From positions 1-64,000 of the forward strand of contig CAVXLD010000004.1 in assembly GCA_963762565.1 (NCBI GenBank): 64,000 nt of DNA, given 5' to 3'. The notes under the pieces were generated by a model. The model made no database searches. It had not been told where the DNA came from and saw nothing but the letters and a program-made list of their open reading frames with translations. Positions 1 to 10,121 of the stretch are shown here, piece after piece (position 1 is the stretch's first letter; each line of letters starts with the position of its first letter). Source of the stretch: an uncultured Verrucomicrobiae bacterium. Lineage in GTDB: Bacteria; Verrucomicrobiota; Verrucomicrobiia; Chthoniobacterales; JAFAMB01. Position numbers and translations under genes: made by a program.

Positions 1-110
1 TAAAGGATTCTCGGGTGTTGAATCTGAACTGTTAAAACAATTCCAGGAGTGGCTCAGTCGCAGAAAAGTCGCGTTAAAATTTAAAGCAATTAGGAGAGGG
101 CTCGTAGGCC

Positions 111-1739
111 ATGTATTTTGGAGGCAATGTGCCGAAAGCTGGCAGGAATGAACCATGTCCATGCGGTAGCGGTAAGAAATATAAGAACTGTCACGGCAAG
201 GTGACCGTACCGCCTCAGGAAATCGCTGCCCCGCTCGGTGTTGAACAGATCCTTCAGCAGGCGCTTGCCCAGGAAAAGCAGCGAGAAAAACAACAGGGTA
301 TGGGACGCCCTATTATCTCGGCTTTAATGGGAGACAGGCGATTCGTTGCCGTTGGATCGCAACTTATTGGCCTGGAGAAAGGAAAAAATTTCCACGATTT
401 TGTTATCTCCTACATCCAAATCGTTTTCGGACGGGACTGGCTGAAGGCTGAGATGCAGCGGACTGAGGAACCCCGGCATCCCCTTGTAGCCGTTATCGAG
501 CGCGCCGTGAAGATGAGCAAGGCTTCGAGCAATAGTTCCGGCGGGATTGTTGGCCGCCCCTCTTCGGGATCCGAAAGTCTGCTACTTGACCTTGGCTATA
601 ACCTTTACTTGTTGCGCCATAATTCGCAGATCCAGGCGAGTCTCTTGGAAAGAATGAAAAGTCGGAGACCCGACGACTTTTACGGCGCCCTCTACGAAGC
701 CACGGTGGCCGCAATACTGATCAAGGGGGGATTCACCATCGAATTTGAAAACGAGGGCGACACAACCAGCACTCATTGCGAGTTCACGGCTACATATCGC
801 ACGGGGCGAAAGTTCTCCGTTGAAGCCAAGTGTCGAATGGAAGGGAAACAGCACCTCGACATCGGAAGCCAGCTGCGCAGTGCTTTGGCAAAGGACGCGA
901 ATTATGAGCGCCTTGTGTTTATTGAGATGAACACTGCGGAGCAAATGACCGGAGAAGATGGGGATGAGCTGGTTACAAAAATTCTCGAGGTCCTCGAGTC
1001 CCGCGAAGGTCTAAAGGTCGATGGAATGCCCGCGCCGCCGGCATATCTCGTCGTGACAAACAATCCCTACGCTTACTTTCCCGAATCTCCGATGCCGCGA
1101 TGGGCTGGAGCACACGGATTTAAAATCCCGGACCTAAAGGCCCTGGCGAAATTTAACAACCTCCGCGAGATGATAAACTCTCGGGACAAGCATAGAGAGA
1201 TATTTGATCTGATCGAGTCGATCCGGGATCACACTGAAATCCCCGCAACCTTTGACGGACAAATTCCTGAGTTTTCGCTTGGCGAGGATTTACCGAGGCT
1301 CATTATCGGAAATACATATCACGTCCCCTTTGAGGACGGATCAGAACTAGTCGGCGTTTTGCGCCACGCAGACGTACTCGAAGAACAAAAATTAGCCTTT
1401 TGTCTGTTTGAGCTGCCAAACGGAACTAACGCATTGGCCAACCTTCCTCTTACAGAGACCGAATTGGCTGCCTACCGCGGGCACCGAGATACCTTTTTTG
1501 GGCAATACAACCCAAGACCCAAAAAGCCAATGACGGATCCGCTCGAGCTGTACGATTGGCTCTATCAAACTAGCAGCGGCACGACAAAGGAACACTTGCT
1601 TGAGCAAATGAAAGACGCCCCTGATTTCGACCGGCTCAAGGACCTTCCGCGAGACGAACTCCTGTCTATCCGCTGCGAGAGAATGGCTTACGGCGTCATG
1701 CAGGCCAGCCCTATTTTTCAGCCGAAACAAGATTGCTGA
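111..1739 (+). CDS. SEC-C (zinc-binding) domain protein with a putative central PD-(D/E)XK-like nuclease region
   Basis: N-terminal [19 protein letters not shown] is a SEC-C motif. YEATVAA...HCEF...SVEAK resembles PD-(D/E)XK motifs. The start may be GTG at 129. Confidence 0.7.
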   Translation: MYFGGNVPKAGRNEPCPCGSGKKYKNCHGKVTVPPQEIAAPLGVEQILQQALAQEKQREKQQGMGRPIISALMGDRRFVAVGSQLIGLEKGKNFHDFVISYIQIVFGRDWLKAEMQRTEEPRHPLVAVIERAVKMSKASSNSSGGIVGRPSSGSESLLLDLGYNLYLLRHNSQIQASLLERMKSRRPDDFYGALYEATVAAILIKGGFTIEFENEGDTTSTHCEFTATYRTGRKFSVEAKCRMEGKQHLDIGSQLRSALAKDANYERLVFIEMNTAEQMTGEDGDELVTKILEVLESREGLKVDGMPAPPAYLVVTNNPYAYFPESPMPRWAGAHGFKIPDLKALAKFNNLREMINSRDKHREIFDLIESIRDHTEIPATFDGQIPEFSLGEDLPRLIIGNTYHVPFEDGSELVGVLRHADVLEEQKLAFCLFELPNGTNALANLPLTETELAAYRGHRDTFFGQYNPRPKKPMTDPLELYDWLYQTSSGTTKEHLLEQMKDAPDFDRLKDLPRDELLSIRCERMAYGVMQASPIFQPKQDC

Positions 1740-1758
1740 CAAGGCAAGCATCAAGAAA

Positions 1759-1803
1759 TGACCGGGGGACAGGCATGCTCACCTTATCCGCCGGTCTCTT
1801 TTT
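1759..1803 (+). terminator. Probable intrinsic terminator after the SEC-C gene
   Basis: Imperfect stem gaccgg...ccggtc followed by a T-tract, just after the stop at 1739. Confidence 0.4.
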
Positions 1804-1900
1804 CGTAGACAGGGCTTCAACGTACCAATGGCTCCGTTCATTAGAACCTGCAATTGCACCAGCACTAACACACTAGTGCTTCCGTTGCGGTTATGATCCT

Positions 1901-2385
1901 ATCTTAACGGCGCCGGGCATTGGTTGAGCCAGGAATTCAACTTTTCACATTCCACGCCCTCAACCCCTCGTCGTGGTTTTCGCGCCGCGGCCCAGCTCTC
2001 CGCCCCCGAAATTTTCATGGATTTCATAGGGCTCCTTAACCTCCAGACCCGGAAGTAAAATTAGGTTTGCTGCCGCGCATTAAAAACGTCGCGACCCGAA
2101 GCATAAAGCTGGATTATTCTGGCGTAGCCGCCTTCTCGCATAGTCAGCCGTAAGTAGCAGTATGAGCGAAGGACCCGGCAATCAAAGCCGTAAGGTTGCC
2201 GGGCTCCCCTTCGGAGTTGCTGGCATTCCTTTGTTACGCAACCGATCTTAATGGCGCCCGCATTTTGCGGGACGCTCCGTACCGTTGTTATTACCGGATC
2301 TTAACGGCGCCGCGTTGCCTTCGACAGAGACTCAACTTTTGCCATTCCAAGCCATTAGCTCCTCATCACGACTCTCGCGTCACGG
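1901..2385. repeat. Diverged ~90-bp direct repeat (1901-1990 and 2298-2385) with a partial third copy (2245-2258)
   Basis: Shared atcttaaYggcgcc and tcaactttt..cattcca.gcc...cctc.tc...tcgcg..cgg blocks. Confidence 0.65.
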
Positions 2386-2449
2386 AATTCTATAGAAATT
2401 ATGGTTTTTATTGATTGGCTCTGCTGAATCTGCAAAAGTCGTCGCCTAT

Positions 2450-2725
2450 ATGTCCCCAGATCAACCCAATTTTTTCACGCAGTCCGAGCAACTCGCCCAA
2501 TACGAGTGGGAAGAGCAGTTTGATGGGAGAAGCTGGCGGATAAAGGTCCGGGTCTTCGCTCCTTTTTCACTCGATCGGAGCGGCGAAAGATACAACACCT
2601 CGGTGTTGATCGGCGGGGATTGGCAACCACTTCACCAATACCACTACGAACCATCTGAGGCTGAGCTGAAAGCCCGAGTAAAAGCATACATGCCGATTTG
2701 GAAGGCGACTGGCATGATCTACTGA
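2450..2725 (+). CDS. Hypothetical protein (~91 aa)
   Basis: ORF with ATG at 2450 and protein-like composition. It lies antisense to the abnormal tail of the CAAX protease ORF. Confidence 0.55.
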   Translation: MSPDQPNFFTQSEQLAQYEWEEQFDGRSWRIKVRVFAPFSLDRSGERYNTSVLIGGDWQPLHQYHYEPSEAELKARVKAYMPIWKATGMIY

Positions 2726-3560
2726 CCAAGCGTCTTGCCGCGGCGCGCCAGTCGTCAACCACGATTGGCAATACGGCTCCGAACTCATCGATAAACCAGG
2801 GGGCATTGCCGGATTTTCGGGTCAAAGGACTGAATATCCCTTGCACGTAAAGGTTGTGGCTGGCGTGCAAGAGGGCGCCAGTCCATAGACTTCCCGATTT
2901 CAATCGCATCCAAGCGAAGACAAAAGAAATAGCCAGTACCAGGACCGTAAAACAGGTCAGGCCGTACCAGGTCGGGGTGCCAGCATTGTAATCTGCACCG
3001 ATCAAAACCGGATAGTGCCACAAAGCCCAGACTAGGCCGCTGAACAGAGCAGTTCCGGTTAAACCCGTCGTCTTAAACAATTCCGGGACCAGAAACCCCC
3101 GCCAACCGATCTCTTCACCCAAGGCGTTTGCGATACTCCTAACCATACCAAAGCTGCCCATCAAAAGCAGATAGACAACGGTCGATACGGTTGGGGACGC
3201 CTTTAGGCCCATATCTTCAACCAGGTGTCCCATGAACTCTTGGTTAGGAAAACCTCCTAACCCGAAGGTCCAGATGATGAGATAGGCGATCGTTGTGTAG
3301 AGGAGCGGAATAAACCAACTGGCGACAGCAAATCGTGTCTCCGGCCATTTCCAGCCAAGGTCCGACAGTTTCCGCCCATTCACTTTAAGGGTAGCAAACG
3401 CAGCCAGCGCCGGCGACCACATGAGACCAGTAACATAAAGGCCGCTCGCGGCTGCCAGTTTATGGGCGATTAGAATCAGGGAATAGAAGAACGCGCTAAA
3501 GACAAAGAGAAGCAGCAAAAAGACCGCGATCTGACGTCGAGATTTACTTGATTCTGACAT
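2475..3560 (-). CDS. CPBP (CAAX/Abi) family intramembrane glutamic endopeptidase; native C-terminus apparently lost near 2757
   Basis: GEEIGWRG, WALWH and HASHN motifs plus multiple TM helices. After FIDEFGAVLPIVV the sequence stops looking like a membrane protein and overlaps the opposite-strand ORF. Confidence 0.8.
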   Translation of the reverse strand: MSESSKSRRQIAVFLLLLFVFSAFFYSLILIAHKLAAASGLYVTGLMWSPALAAFATLKVNGRKLSDLGWKWPETRFAVASWFIPLLYTTIAYLIIWTFGLGGFPNQEFMGHLVEDMGLKASPTVSTVVYLLLMGSFGMVRSIANALGEEIGWRGFLVPELFKTTGLTGTALFSGLVWALWHYPVLIGADYNAGTPTWYGLTCFTVLVLAISFVFAWMRLKSGSLWTGALLHASHNLYVQGIFSPLTRKSGNAPWFIDEFGAVLPIVVDDWRAAARRLVSRSCQSPSKSACMLLLGLSAQPQMVRSGIGEVVANPRRSTPRCCIFRRSDRVKKERRPGPLSASFSHQTALPTRIGRVARTA

Positions 3561-3570
3561 TGACCGGTAA

Positions 3571-3819
3571 CTAGCTTCCGTTACCGCCAGTCTGATGCTC
3601 GACGGTGGCGATATTGATCAAGGCGAGGTAGCGGGGAATCCCACGTTGATTGTATACGATGAACCAAGGGTTACGTTCACCGGTCTCTTCATCCGGCGGA
3701 GGTAAGTCGGCGTGATCGGGGGTCTTTATGGAGTAGCGATCGCCGCTATTGGTGACCAAGACGAAGGGGACAAAGGGTCTAGCGTGAAGTTGTTCTTCGA
3801 GGAATTCTAAGGTGATCAT
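3571..3819 (-). CDS. Small hypothetical protein (PFxPFxL-type)
   Basis: 82-aa ORF with an ATG start, co-oriented with and 10 bp upstream of the CAAX protease. Confidence 0.65.
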   Translation of the reverse strand: MITLEFLEEQLHARPFVPFVLVTNSGDRYSIKTPDHADLPPPDEETGERNPWFIVYNQRGIPRYLALINIATVEHQTGGNGS

Positions 3820-3926
3820 GACAAGATGCGGGCCGCGGATAGCGTGATTCTACGGTTCACAGTCAACAACCCATGATCGGTTTAGAACTGCAGACTCGCA
3901 ACCCAATTAGGCCAATAACAAGTTAG

Positions 3927-3961
3927 TTGACGCTGCTCAACCTGTACAGTATCTCTGTACA
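3927..3961 (+). promoter_or_regulatory. yefM-yoeB promoter/operator
   Basis: TTGACG at 3927 and two TGTACA palindromes (3943-3948, 3956-3961), the known core of YefM-YoeB operators, just before the ATG. Confidence 0.65.
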
Positions 3962-3963
3962 AG

Positions 3964-4248
3964 ATGAAAACGGTGTCATACAGCGATGCCAGGGAGCATC
4001 TAGCGGGCTTAATCGAAGAAGTGATATCCACGCGAGAAGAGGTCGTGATACAACGTCGAGGCTTTGAGCCAGTGGCGATGATCCCTGCCGACGAACTCGC
4101 TGGGTTGATGGAAACCGCACATCTGCTGCGCTCCCCTAAGAACGCCAAGCGATTGCTAGAGGCCTTGTTGCGCTCTTACCGTGGCGGGGGCGAAGAAATG
4201 GATCTAGATGAAATCGCAAGAGCGGCCGGCTTACCTGCTGATCGTTGA
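3964..4248 (+). CDS. yefM: Type II antitoxin, Phd/YefM family
   Basis: MKTVSYSDAREHLA... and ETAHLLRSPKNAKRL are typical YefM motifs. Confidence 0.92.
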   Translation: MKTVSYSDAREHLAGLIEEVISTREEVVIQRRGFEPVAMIPADELAGLMETAHLLRSPKNAKRLLEALLRSYRGGGEEMDLDEIARAAGLPADR

Positions 4249-4486
4249 CCCTAATTTCATCGAGGACTTACGGTATTGGGTGAAAACACAGGCGAAGACC
4301 GCCTCCAAAGTGTTGGAGCTCGTTGAGGCGATTCGCCGAGATCCTTTCAAGGGAATTGGAAAACCGGAACCCCTCAGGTCGCTCGGCTCAGGAATATGGT
4401 CACGCAGGATAACGCAGGAGCATCGTCTTGTTTATCGGGTCGATAACGCGAGGATTCATTTCCTGCAGTGCAGGTATCATTATTGA
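4208..4486 (+). CDS. yoeB: Type II toxin, Txe/YoeB family
   Basis: PFKGIGKPEPL, WSRRITQEHRLVY and terminal CRYHY. Overlaps the antitoxin; exact start uncertain. Confidence 0.93.
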   Translation: MKSQERPAYLLIVDPNFIEDLRYWVKTQAKTASKVLELVEAIRRDPFKGIGKPEPLRSLGSGIWSRRITQEHRLVYRVDNARIHFLQCRYHY

Positions 4487-4510
4487 AGGACGCAATTCGC
4501 TGCGTTTGAA

Positions 4511-5032
4511 TCATTCTTTGCCTTTTGATGGTGGCCGGCTCAGCGCTTGGAGAATGATGGCTACAAATGTGACACCGTGAGTGGCGCCAAACAAAGCGGT
4601 GAACATGGCCAGAATCTTTGCGTGCACCGTCGCGGGGATGATATCGCCGTAACCGACCGTCGTGAAAGTGATGATCTCATAATACAGATAGTCGATCAGA
4701 GGGCGGCTTCCAGTCGCGGTTGGGGCAGGCACGTGTGGCAACAGATCATATTGGAAGGCAAAGAAGGCCAGGATACAGCAGAGAAAAAGAGACCAGAGAA
4801 AGTACCCAATGGTGACGAAAATCGGTTCTCGTCTCGTCTGTTGCAGGAAGTGGAACAGCGTGCGCAGGCTTAAGCCGTACATCACGAAAACCAACGCCAG
4901 GCTGATATAAAGGAAGTAATAAGTTTTGGAATCCAGTAATGTTCGCTCGATAATGGACGGAATTAAAATCGCGATCCAAAAGGCGAAGAGCCTTAGGATG
5001 GTCCAGACTGAATAATGTCGATTGGTTGACAA
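4511..5032 (-). CDS. Potassium channel family protein (two-TM pore domain)
   Basis: TFTTVGYGDI selectivity-filter motif and hydrophobic helices. Confidence 0.85.
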   Translation of the reverse strand: MSTNRHYSVWTILRLFAFWIAILIPSIIERTLLDSKTYYFLYISLALVFVMYGLSLRTLFHFLQQTRREPIFVTIGYFLWSLFLCCILAFFAFQYDLLPHVPAPTATGSRPLIDYLYYEIITFTTVGYGDIIPATVHAKILAMFTALFGATHGVTFVAIILQALSRPPSKGKE

Positions 5033-5153
5033 GTGGAATAGGCCTCGGCTTGCGATGTGTTATGCAGGGGGTGCACACATAGGCCCGATCATAACATACC
5101 CTGACGGAACCGGAGCGGACCACCCCCCAGGACTGCGCAGGGCGACGAAACGT

Positions 5154-5317
5154 CCAGGGCCCGGCTCCGACTTCACAAGCTCGATGACAACAGAGCTACA
5201 ACACACAGTGCTACGTCGGACAAGTCGGCGCGCGCATCGGCCTCGTAAATCTGGAATCTTCGAAACGTCAACTTCCTTCGTGCAGCCGTTTAGGTCTTTC
5301 GGGAGCCTCGCCCCACC
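5154..5317 (-). repeat. Family A REP-like arm carrying a nested family C hairpin (5166-5224)
   Basis: Terminus ttcgggagcctcgccccacc, 70-nt insert at 5230-5299, and the ggctc^ggcg site interrupted. Confidence 0.85.
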
Positions 5318-5330
5318 AAGTGCTAACCAG

Positions 5331-6752
5331 CTAAACATTCAATCGGCTCTTCTTGTACCCGTACCCGAAATAAATCGCGAGGCCGATCACCAGCCAGACT
5401 ACCAGGCGGATCCAGGTGCTTGGCGGTAAGAAGACCATTTGAGCAAAGCAAAGGAGGGCGCCTACGATGGGCACGAAAGGAACCAGAGGTGTCTTGAATA
5501 GACGTGGCAGGTCCGGACGGGTTTTGCGCAGCACCATTACGCTGATACAGACGATCACGAAGGCGAGCAAAGTCCCGATCGAGACTAACTCACTGAGCAC
5601 GCCGATCGGGAAAAGGCCGGCCAGGGTTGCAGCGACGATCCCGGTCACAATGGTGGTTACGTGCGGCGTCTTGAACTTAGAATGGACCTTGGCGAAAACG
5701 CCCGGCAATAGCCCGTCAACAGCCATCCGGTAGAATATTCGCGGTTGGCCCAAGAGCAGCACCAGGATCACTGAGGTAATCCCAGCGATTGCACCAAGCT
5801 CGACCAAAGGCCGCAGCCAGGCAACGGATGGACCGACCTGTTGAATCGCAAAAGCAACCGGCGCCGGAACATCGAGTTGTTTGTAGTTAACCACCCCGGT
5901 TAGGACCAGCGACACCATCACATAAAGAACCGTACAGATGAGCAGCGATGCTAGGATTCCAATGGGGAGATCACGCTGCGGCTTTTTGGTTTCTTGGGCA
6001 GCAGTGGTTACCGCGTCGAACCCGATGTAGGCATAGAAAATCACGCCGGCGCCGGCCATGATCCCGGTCCAGCCAAATTGACCAAAACCGGTGGTGGGAG
6101 GAATGAAGGGCGCCCAGTTCTCCGGATGAACGTAAGGAAAACAAAAGGCGACGAAGAGCAGAATGATAACCACCTTTACCGCCACAATGACGGCATTCAC
6201 CGCCGACGATTCCCGGATCCCAACTACCAAAAGTACAGTAACAGCCAGGACAACCAGGACTGCGGGCAGATTAAGAATAGCTCCGGAAGCGACCCAACCT
6301 CCTTTAAACAGTAGCGGCGCATTACACAGCGCGGTTGGAAAATGGATACCGATACCGGAAAGGAAGGAAACCACGTAACCGGACCAACCAACCGCTACGG
6401 TGGCCGAACCGACCAGATACTCGAGGATTAGATCCCAGCCGATGATCCAGGCGAAGATTTCGCCGATGGTTGAGTAGGCGTAGGTATAAGCGCTACCACA
6501 AAGCGGGATCATCGATGCCAGTTCTGCGTAACAAAAACCGGCGCATAGACAACCAATCGCCGATATGATGAATGACAAGACAATGGCGGGACCAGCATGC
6601 TCAGCGGCTGCGGTCCCGGTGATCACAAAAATTCCGGTACCGACGATACATCCGATACCCAACAGCGTGAGTTGTAAGCCCCCCAACACAGGGCGCAGCG
6701 GGTTCTCTTCTGTGGTGGCCGGTTCTACCGGTTTTACGCGAAGCAGGTCCAT
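5331..6752 (-). CDS. Amino acid permease (APC superfamily, cationic amino acid transporter-like)
   Basis: GCIVGTGIFV, YAELAS and FYAYIGFDAV motifs; about 12 TM helices. Confidence 0.92.
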   Translation of the reverse strand: MDLLRVKPVEPATTEENPLRPVLGGLQLTLLGIGCIVGTGIFVITGTAAAEHAGPAIVLSFIISAIGCLCAGFCYAELASMIPLCGSAYTYAYSTIGEIFAWIIGWDLILEYLVGSATVAVGWSGYVVSFLSGIGIHFPTALCNAPLLFKGGWVASGAILNLPAVLVVLAVTVLLVVGIRESSAVNAVIVAVKVVIILLFVAFCFPYVHPENWAPFIPPTTGFGQFGWTGIMAGAGVIFYAYIGFDAVTTAAQETKKPQRDLPIGILASLLICTVLYVMVSLVLTGVVNYKQLDVPAPVAFAIQQVGPSVAWLRPLVELGAIAGITSVILVLLLGQPRIFYRMAVDGLLPGVFAKVHSKFKTPHVTTIVTGIVAATLAGLFPIGVLSELVSIGTLLAFVIVCISVMVLRKTRPDLPRLFKTPLVPFVPIVGALLCFAQMVFLPPSTWIRLVVWLVIGLAIYFGYGYKKSRLNV

Positions 6753-7115
6753 GGTCTAGCTAGTTCAATGATTCGTTTCTTTTTTTAGCAGAAACTAGTT
6801 TCCCGGCGCTGAGAGAGGGGAGCGCTCGCTCCGAGAACTAGCAGCTTCGAGACCCTTCTCAAAGCATTTTCCGGGAACGTTCCGTAACAATTTTTGCCCG
6901 GCCCAATTTGACAAAACGCTGGTACATAACATGCTAGGGCGAAAAAAGTAGGTTACTTCATTGTCGTTCCCCTGCCCTTGCTTCCTTGCCCTTTTTTCCG
7001 TAGACCCAGAGCTATTGGAAGTGAGAAAATTCTCGGTTAGCTACTAGCAAAGCCGTAGAAGTCAGCGCTAAGATCCTCGAATAAATCGAACCCGCACCCT
7101 AACAATCCGAACATT

Positions 7116-8027
7116 ATGCAGTTGAAAAAATCCCAAATTGACAAACCGCACGGCTCGCTGGGGCGAATGGCGCCGTTAATCGTGATGGCTCTTGTAATCG
7201 CGGGACTGGTTTACCTGTTTCTTAATCCAGCACCCTTCATCAATCTCATGAGATTCGCTCAAGCTTCGAGCCGAGGAAAGACGCTTGCACAGGCCGATGC
7301 TGAGGCTTCGGCTTCTGCGTCGGCATCGGCGTCCGCTAGCGCCGCCGGCGACCTTAAGACCCCGGATGATTACCTCAACCTGATGAAAGTGAATGTCAGT
7401 ACGCTTTCGGACGCAAACAAAAAGATCCTAAACGTCTTCAGCAGCGAGTTGGATAAAATCTCCAAAGCCAAAGAGACGGAGACGGTGGAAACCGACAATG
7501 AGGTCGCTTTGATTTTTCAGCCGCTCGCCCAAGCCAAGACAGACGATGATCTAGCGAAGCTCAAAGACGCGGCCACCAAGCTGAAACAGACCTCCGACAC
7601 CGCCGTCGCCTTCTTTCAAGGAGTGCCAGCGGAATTAGCCCAACGCTTAGCCGACAACGGGGTAGCGGACCCGCTCAATACTCAAGTCGCCACTGCTTTC
7701 ACGACCCAAGGCTCGGTTAACGACGATCTGACCCTGGCCCAGAACACCAGCAAGTTTGCCGACGCGACCATTGCCTACGTGGATTACCTGAAAGAGAGTA
7801 AGAGTTCTTGGACACGTAAGCCAGACGGTAGCTTGGCGTTCCACGACAAGGAGGCGATGATCAAGGCCACGAAGCTGGGAAAAGATTTTAGCGATACCGC
7901 CGTGCGGCAGGGTTTTCGTTCAGTAAGTAAGGGCGATGCTGCGAAAGGGCGAATGGGCGAAACGGCGAAGGGGCGACTGGAACACGGGGAGCTTCGTGAG
8001 AACGGATGCGACCTATGTATCTCATAG
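7116..8027 (+). CDS. Hypothetical membrane-anchored helical protein; 3' end runs through an octamer repeat tract
   Basis: N-terminal TM helix and (AS)n linker. The C-terminal AKGRMGETAKGR is encoded by GGCGAAnn repeats. Confidence 0.7.
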   Translation: MQLKKSQIDKPHGSLGRMAPLIVMALVIAGLVYLFLNPAPFINLMRFAQASSRGKTLAQADAEASASASASASASAAGDLKTPDDYLNLMKVNVSTLSDANKKILNVFSSELDKISKAKETETVETDNEVALIFQPLAQAKTDDDLAKLKDAATKLKQTSDTAVAFFQGVPAELAQRLADNGVADPLNTQVATAFTTQGSVNDDLTLAQNTSKFADATIAYVDYLKESKSSWTRKPDGSLAFHDKEAMIKATKLGKDFSDTAVRQGFRSVSKGDAAKGRMGETAKGRLEHGELRENGCDLCIS

Positions 8028-8151
8028 GACCAATGTGATCATTGGCCTTCGGTCCAATTGTTTCATTAGCCGCATCCGGTCTCGCTGCCCGGCGCAGTCA
8101 TCCGTGTCGCCCTTTCGCCCTTTCGCCGTTTCGCCGTTTCGCCGTTTCGCC
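7940..8151. repeat. Inverted octamer tracts (GGCGAAAC-like / TTTCGCCG) flanking ~130 bp
   Basis: 7940-7977 and its reverse complement at 8106-8151, between convergent genes. Confidence 0.85.
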
Positions 8152-8153
8152 TC

Positions 8154-9086
8154 TTACGGCTTACCGTACGCCAGGCGATAAACCTCCCGGCGGAAGGTAA
8201 AGCGCAGGCCTGGGTCGCGAAGGCGGGCCAAGCTGGCCAACGATCGGTCCCGGGCTAAGCGGGTGACGACATCGTAGCCGATGAGGTAGCCGATTCTGCC
8301 GGGACCTTCTCCATCTTCGCGCTTGGTAAGGAAATGGACGGCAACATCATCTTCACGTGAGTCAAGACACAGCAGGAGGCGTTTCGCTTCGGCCGGAAGG
8401 GACGCTGGACCGTTCGCCGCTAACCTTTGATCGAACAGGACGTCTCCCAAGGATGCGCCGGCATTGAGCTGTTGGCTCGCGTACACTGCGAGTCCCTCCT
8501 GCCAGAGTAACCGATAGAGCGGTAGATCGTCTGGATTTTTCGGCAAAGGATTAACCTGGAAATGATAGAGATGAAAAAATTCATGCGAAAGAATCACCGA
8601 CAACGGCGCATCAGTTCCGTGAAAACGCGCCAGCCCGTCTAAGCCTATCAATAACGAGTCCGGATGCTCACTCGGGACTTTGGCGTCGAATTTGAAAAGA
8701 GATAACATCAAGTAAATCTTCACCTTACCGGGAGCGAATTCCGGGAAAGCTTGACAAAAACGATCGAGTATTGCCGGTTCTTCCTTCTCAAACAAAGCAT
8801 GCAGTCTTCGAATACCGGCCAGGTATAGCGGCACCCTTCCTACGTACGCCTTGACCTGCGATGAATCGACGTGCCAAAGCGTTTGATACACTTCAGGGTT
8901 CGCAGCTAAGACCTCCCTGGAAAAGAGTTCCGCCCGAGCATCGGTATCCTTGGGCAAGGTCGCTACCGCCTTCAATTCTTGCGGAATCAAATCGACGATC
9001 TCAGGTGACTCACTTGCTAAGCCAGTCGATAGAGCAAAAAAAAGCTGAACAATTAAAGCGAAAAAGGCAAAATCGCGATAGCTCAT
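8154..9086 (-). CDS. Putative secreted Zn-dependent protease (DUF2268-like)
   Basis: HEFFH...QEGLA and GYLIG motifs, with a signal-like segment after the Met at 9086. Confidence 0.75.
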   Translation of the reverse strand: MSYRDFAFFALIVQLFFALSTGLASESPEIVDLIPQELKAVATLPKDTDARAELFSREVLAANPEVYQTLWHVDSSQVKAYVGRVPLYLAGIRRLHALFEKEEPAILDRFCQAFPEFAPGKVKIYLMLSLFKFDAKVPSEHPDSLLIGLDGLARFHGTDAPLSVILSHEFFHLYHFQVNPLPKNPDDLPLYRLLWQEGLAVYASQQLNAGASLGDVLFDQRLAANGPASLPAEAKRLLLCLDSREDDVAVHFLTKREDGEGPGRIGYLIGYDVVTRLARDRSLASLARLRDPGLRFTFRREVYRLAYGKP

Positions 9087-9795
9087 GGACCCGCATCTTT
9101 TAACGAACGAAATTTGGAGCTCGCTATCGCAGTTTTTTTCACAGCTTGGGCCTTCGGTTTGGCTGCAAGCGGTAACAACTCTTGTAGCGGCAATCATCGC
9201 ATTGGGAGGAGCGGTGATTGCAGCCAACGCCGCGTATCGAAACGTGAACAAGTCACGTTTCGAGCAAGCTGAAGCGGAGCGCCAACGCAATCGGACATCT
9301 GATCGAGATCGAGTTTTAGGAACCCTGCACGCTTTACGCGAGGAGATTTTGCAACTCTGGATGATCGTAGCCGAGGATCTAGGCGGGCCGATTGAAAATT
9401 TGGATCTCAAACGAAAGCCGCTGCCCTATTGGTCCTACAATCAGAGTTACTTCTCGGTTTTTGACCGCAACGCTGGTACCATCGGGTTAATCGAGAACGA
9501 TCAACTCCGCTCGAGCCTGGTGCGAACCTATATGTTCGCCAAGCGTCTCGTTGATCAATATCAAGGCTATAACCGGATGGATGTTCGCGCCTCGACAAAT
9601 AACCCTCAGCCCGGATCCGGCGCGTCCGCCGACACCACGTATGCGTTACACGCCGGGGCTTTGACTCTGATCGAGTCTTATAATGCGCTCAAGAGCAACA
9701 TCGATCAGCTACGCAACCTTCTCGACGCTGAGCTGGGACTCAAGAAAACACCTTTGCCGTTTATCGATTCAACGGAGGCTAAGCAGGCGAAGTAG
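9085..9795 (+). CDS. Hypothetical protein with N-terminal TM helix
   Basis: 236-aa ORF with a TM segment followed by a helical region. Confidence 0.65.
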   Translation: MDPHLLTNEIWSSLSQFFSQLGPSVWLQAVTTLVAAIIALGGAVIAANAAYRNVNKSRFEQAEAERQRNRTSDRDRVLGTLHALREEILQLWMIVAEDLGGPIENLDLKRKPLPYWSYNQSYFSVFDRNAGTIGLIENDQLRSSLVRTYMFAKRLVDQYQGYNRMDVRASTNNPQPGSGASADTTYALHAGALTLIESYNALKSNIDQLRNLLDAELGLKKTPLPFIDSTEAKQAK

Positions 9796-10121
9796 CCGGG
9801 GACAGGCCAAAGAATCGAAGCAATAAGCCCGGTAGTACTAGCCCGAGGCTTCCTGGCGCATTTTTGTCATCAAGGTCAAAAACTTGCTTGGATTTGGCTC
9901 TCGAAGACGTTGAAGAGTCATCAGCGCCACACTGAGTCGTTCATAGGAGAATGTCCCGGAGGGACTATCTGATGGTAGCGTTTCATGAGTCCCTCCGGGA
10001 CAAAGTTCGACCGCCCTCCGGGTAGATAAGCCACCACCTGCGAGTCGCACCTTTTCCTCCACCGGTTCCAAGACTGGTATGCAACCCGCTTAGACCAGTT
10101 CCTCTTGTTTTAAATCTGAAG

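Noticed and set aside
2..151. Open frame at the window start (possible 3' end of an upstream gene)
   Set aside because: It is too short and has no recognisable motif.
2450..5032. Integron cassette array (small genes plus a toxin-antitoxin pair)
   Set aside because: Orientations are mixed, I found no convincing RYYYAAC/GTTRRRY attC pairs, and there is no integrase.
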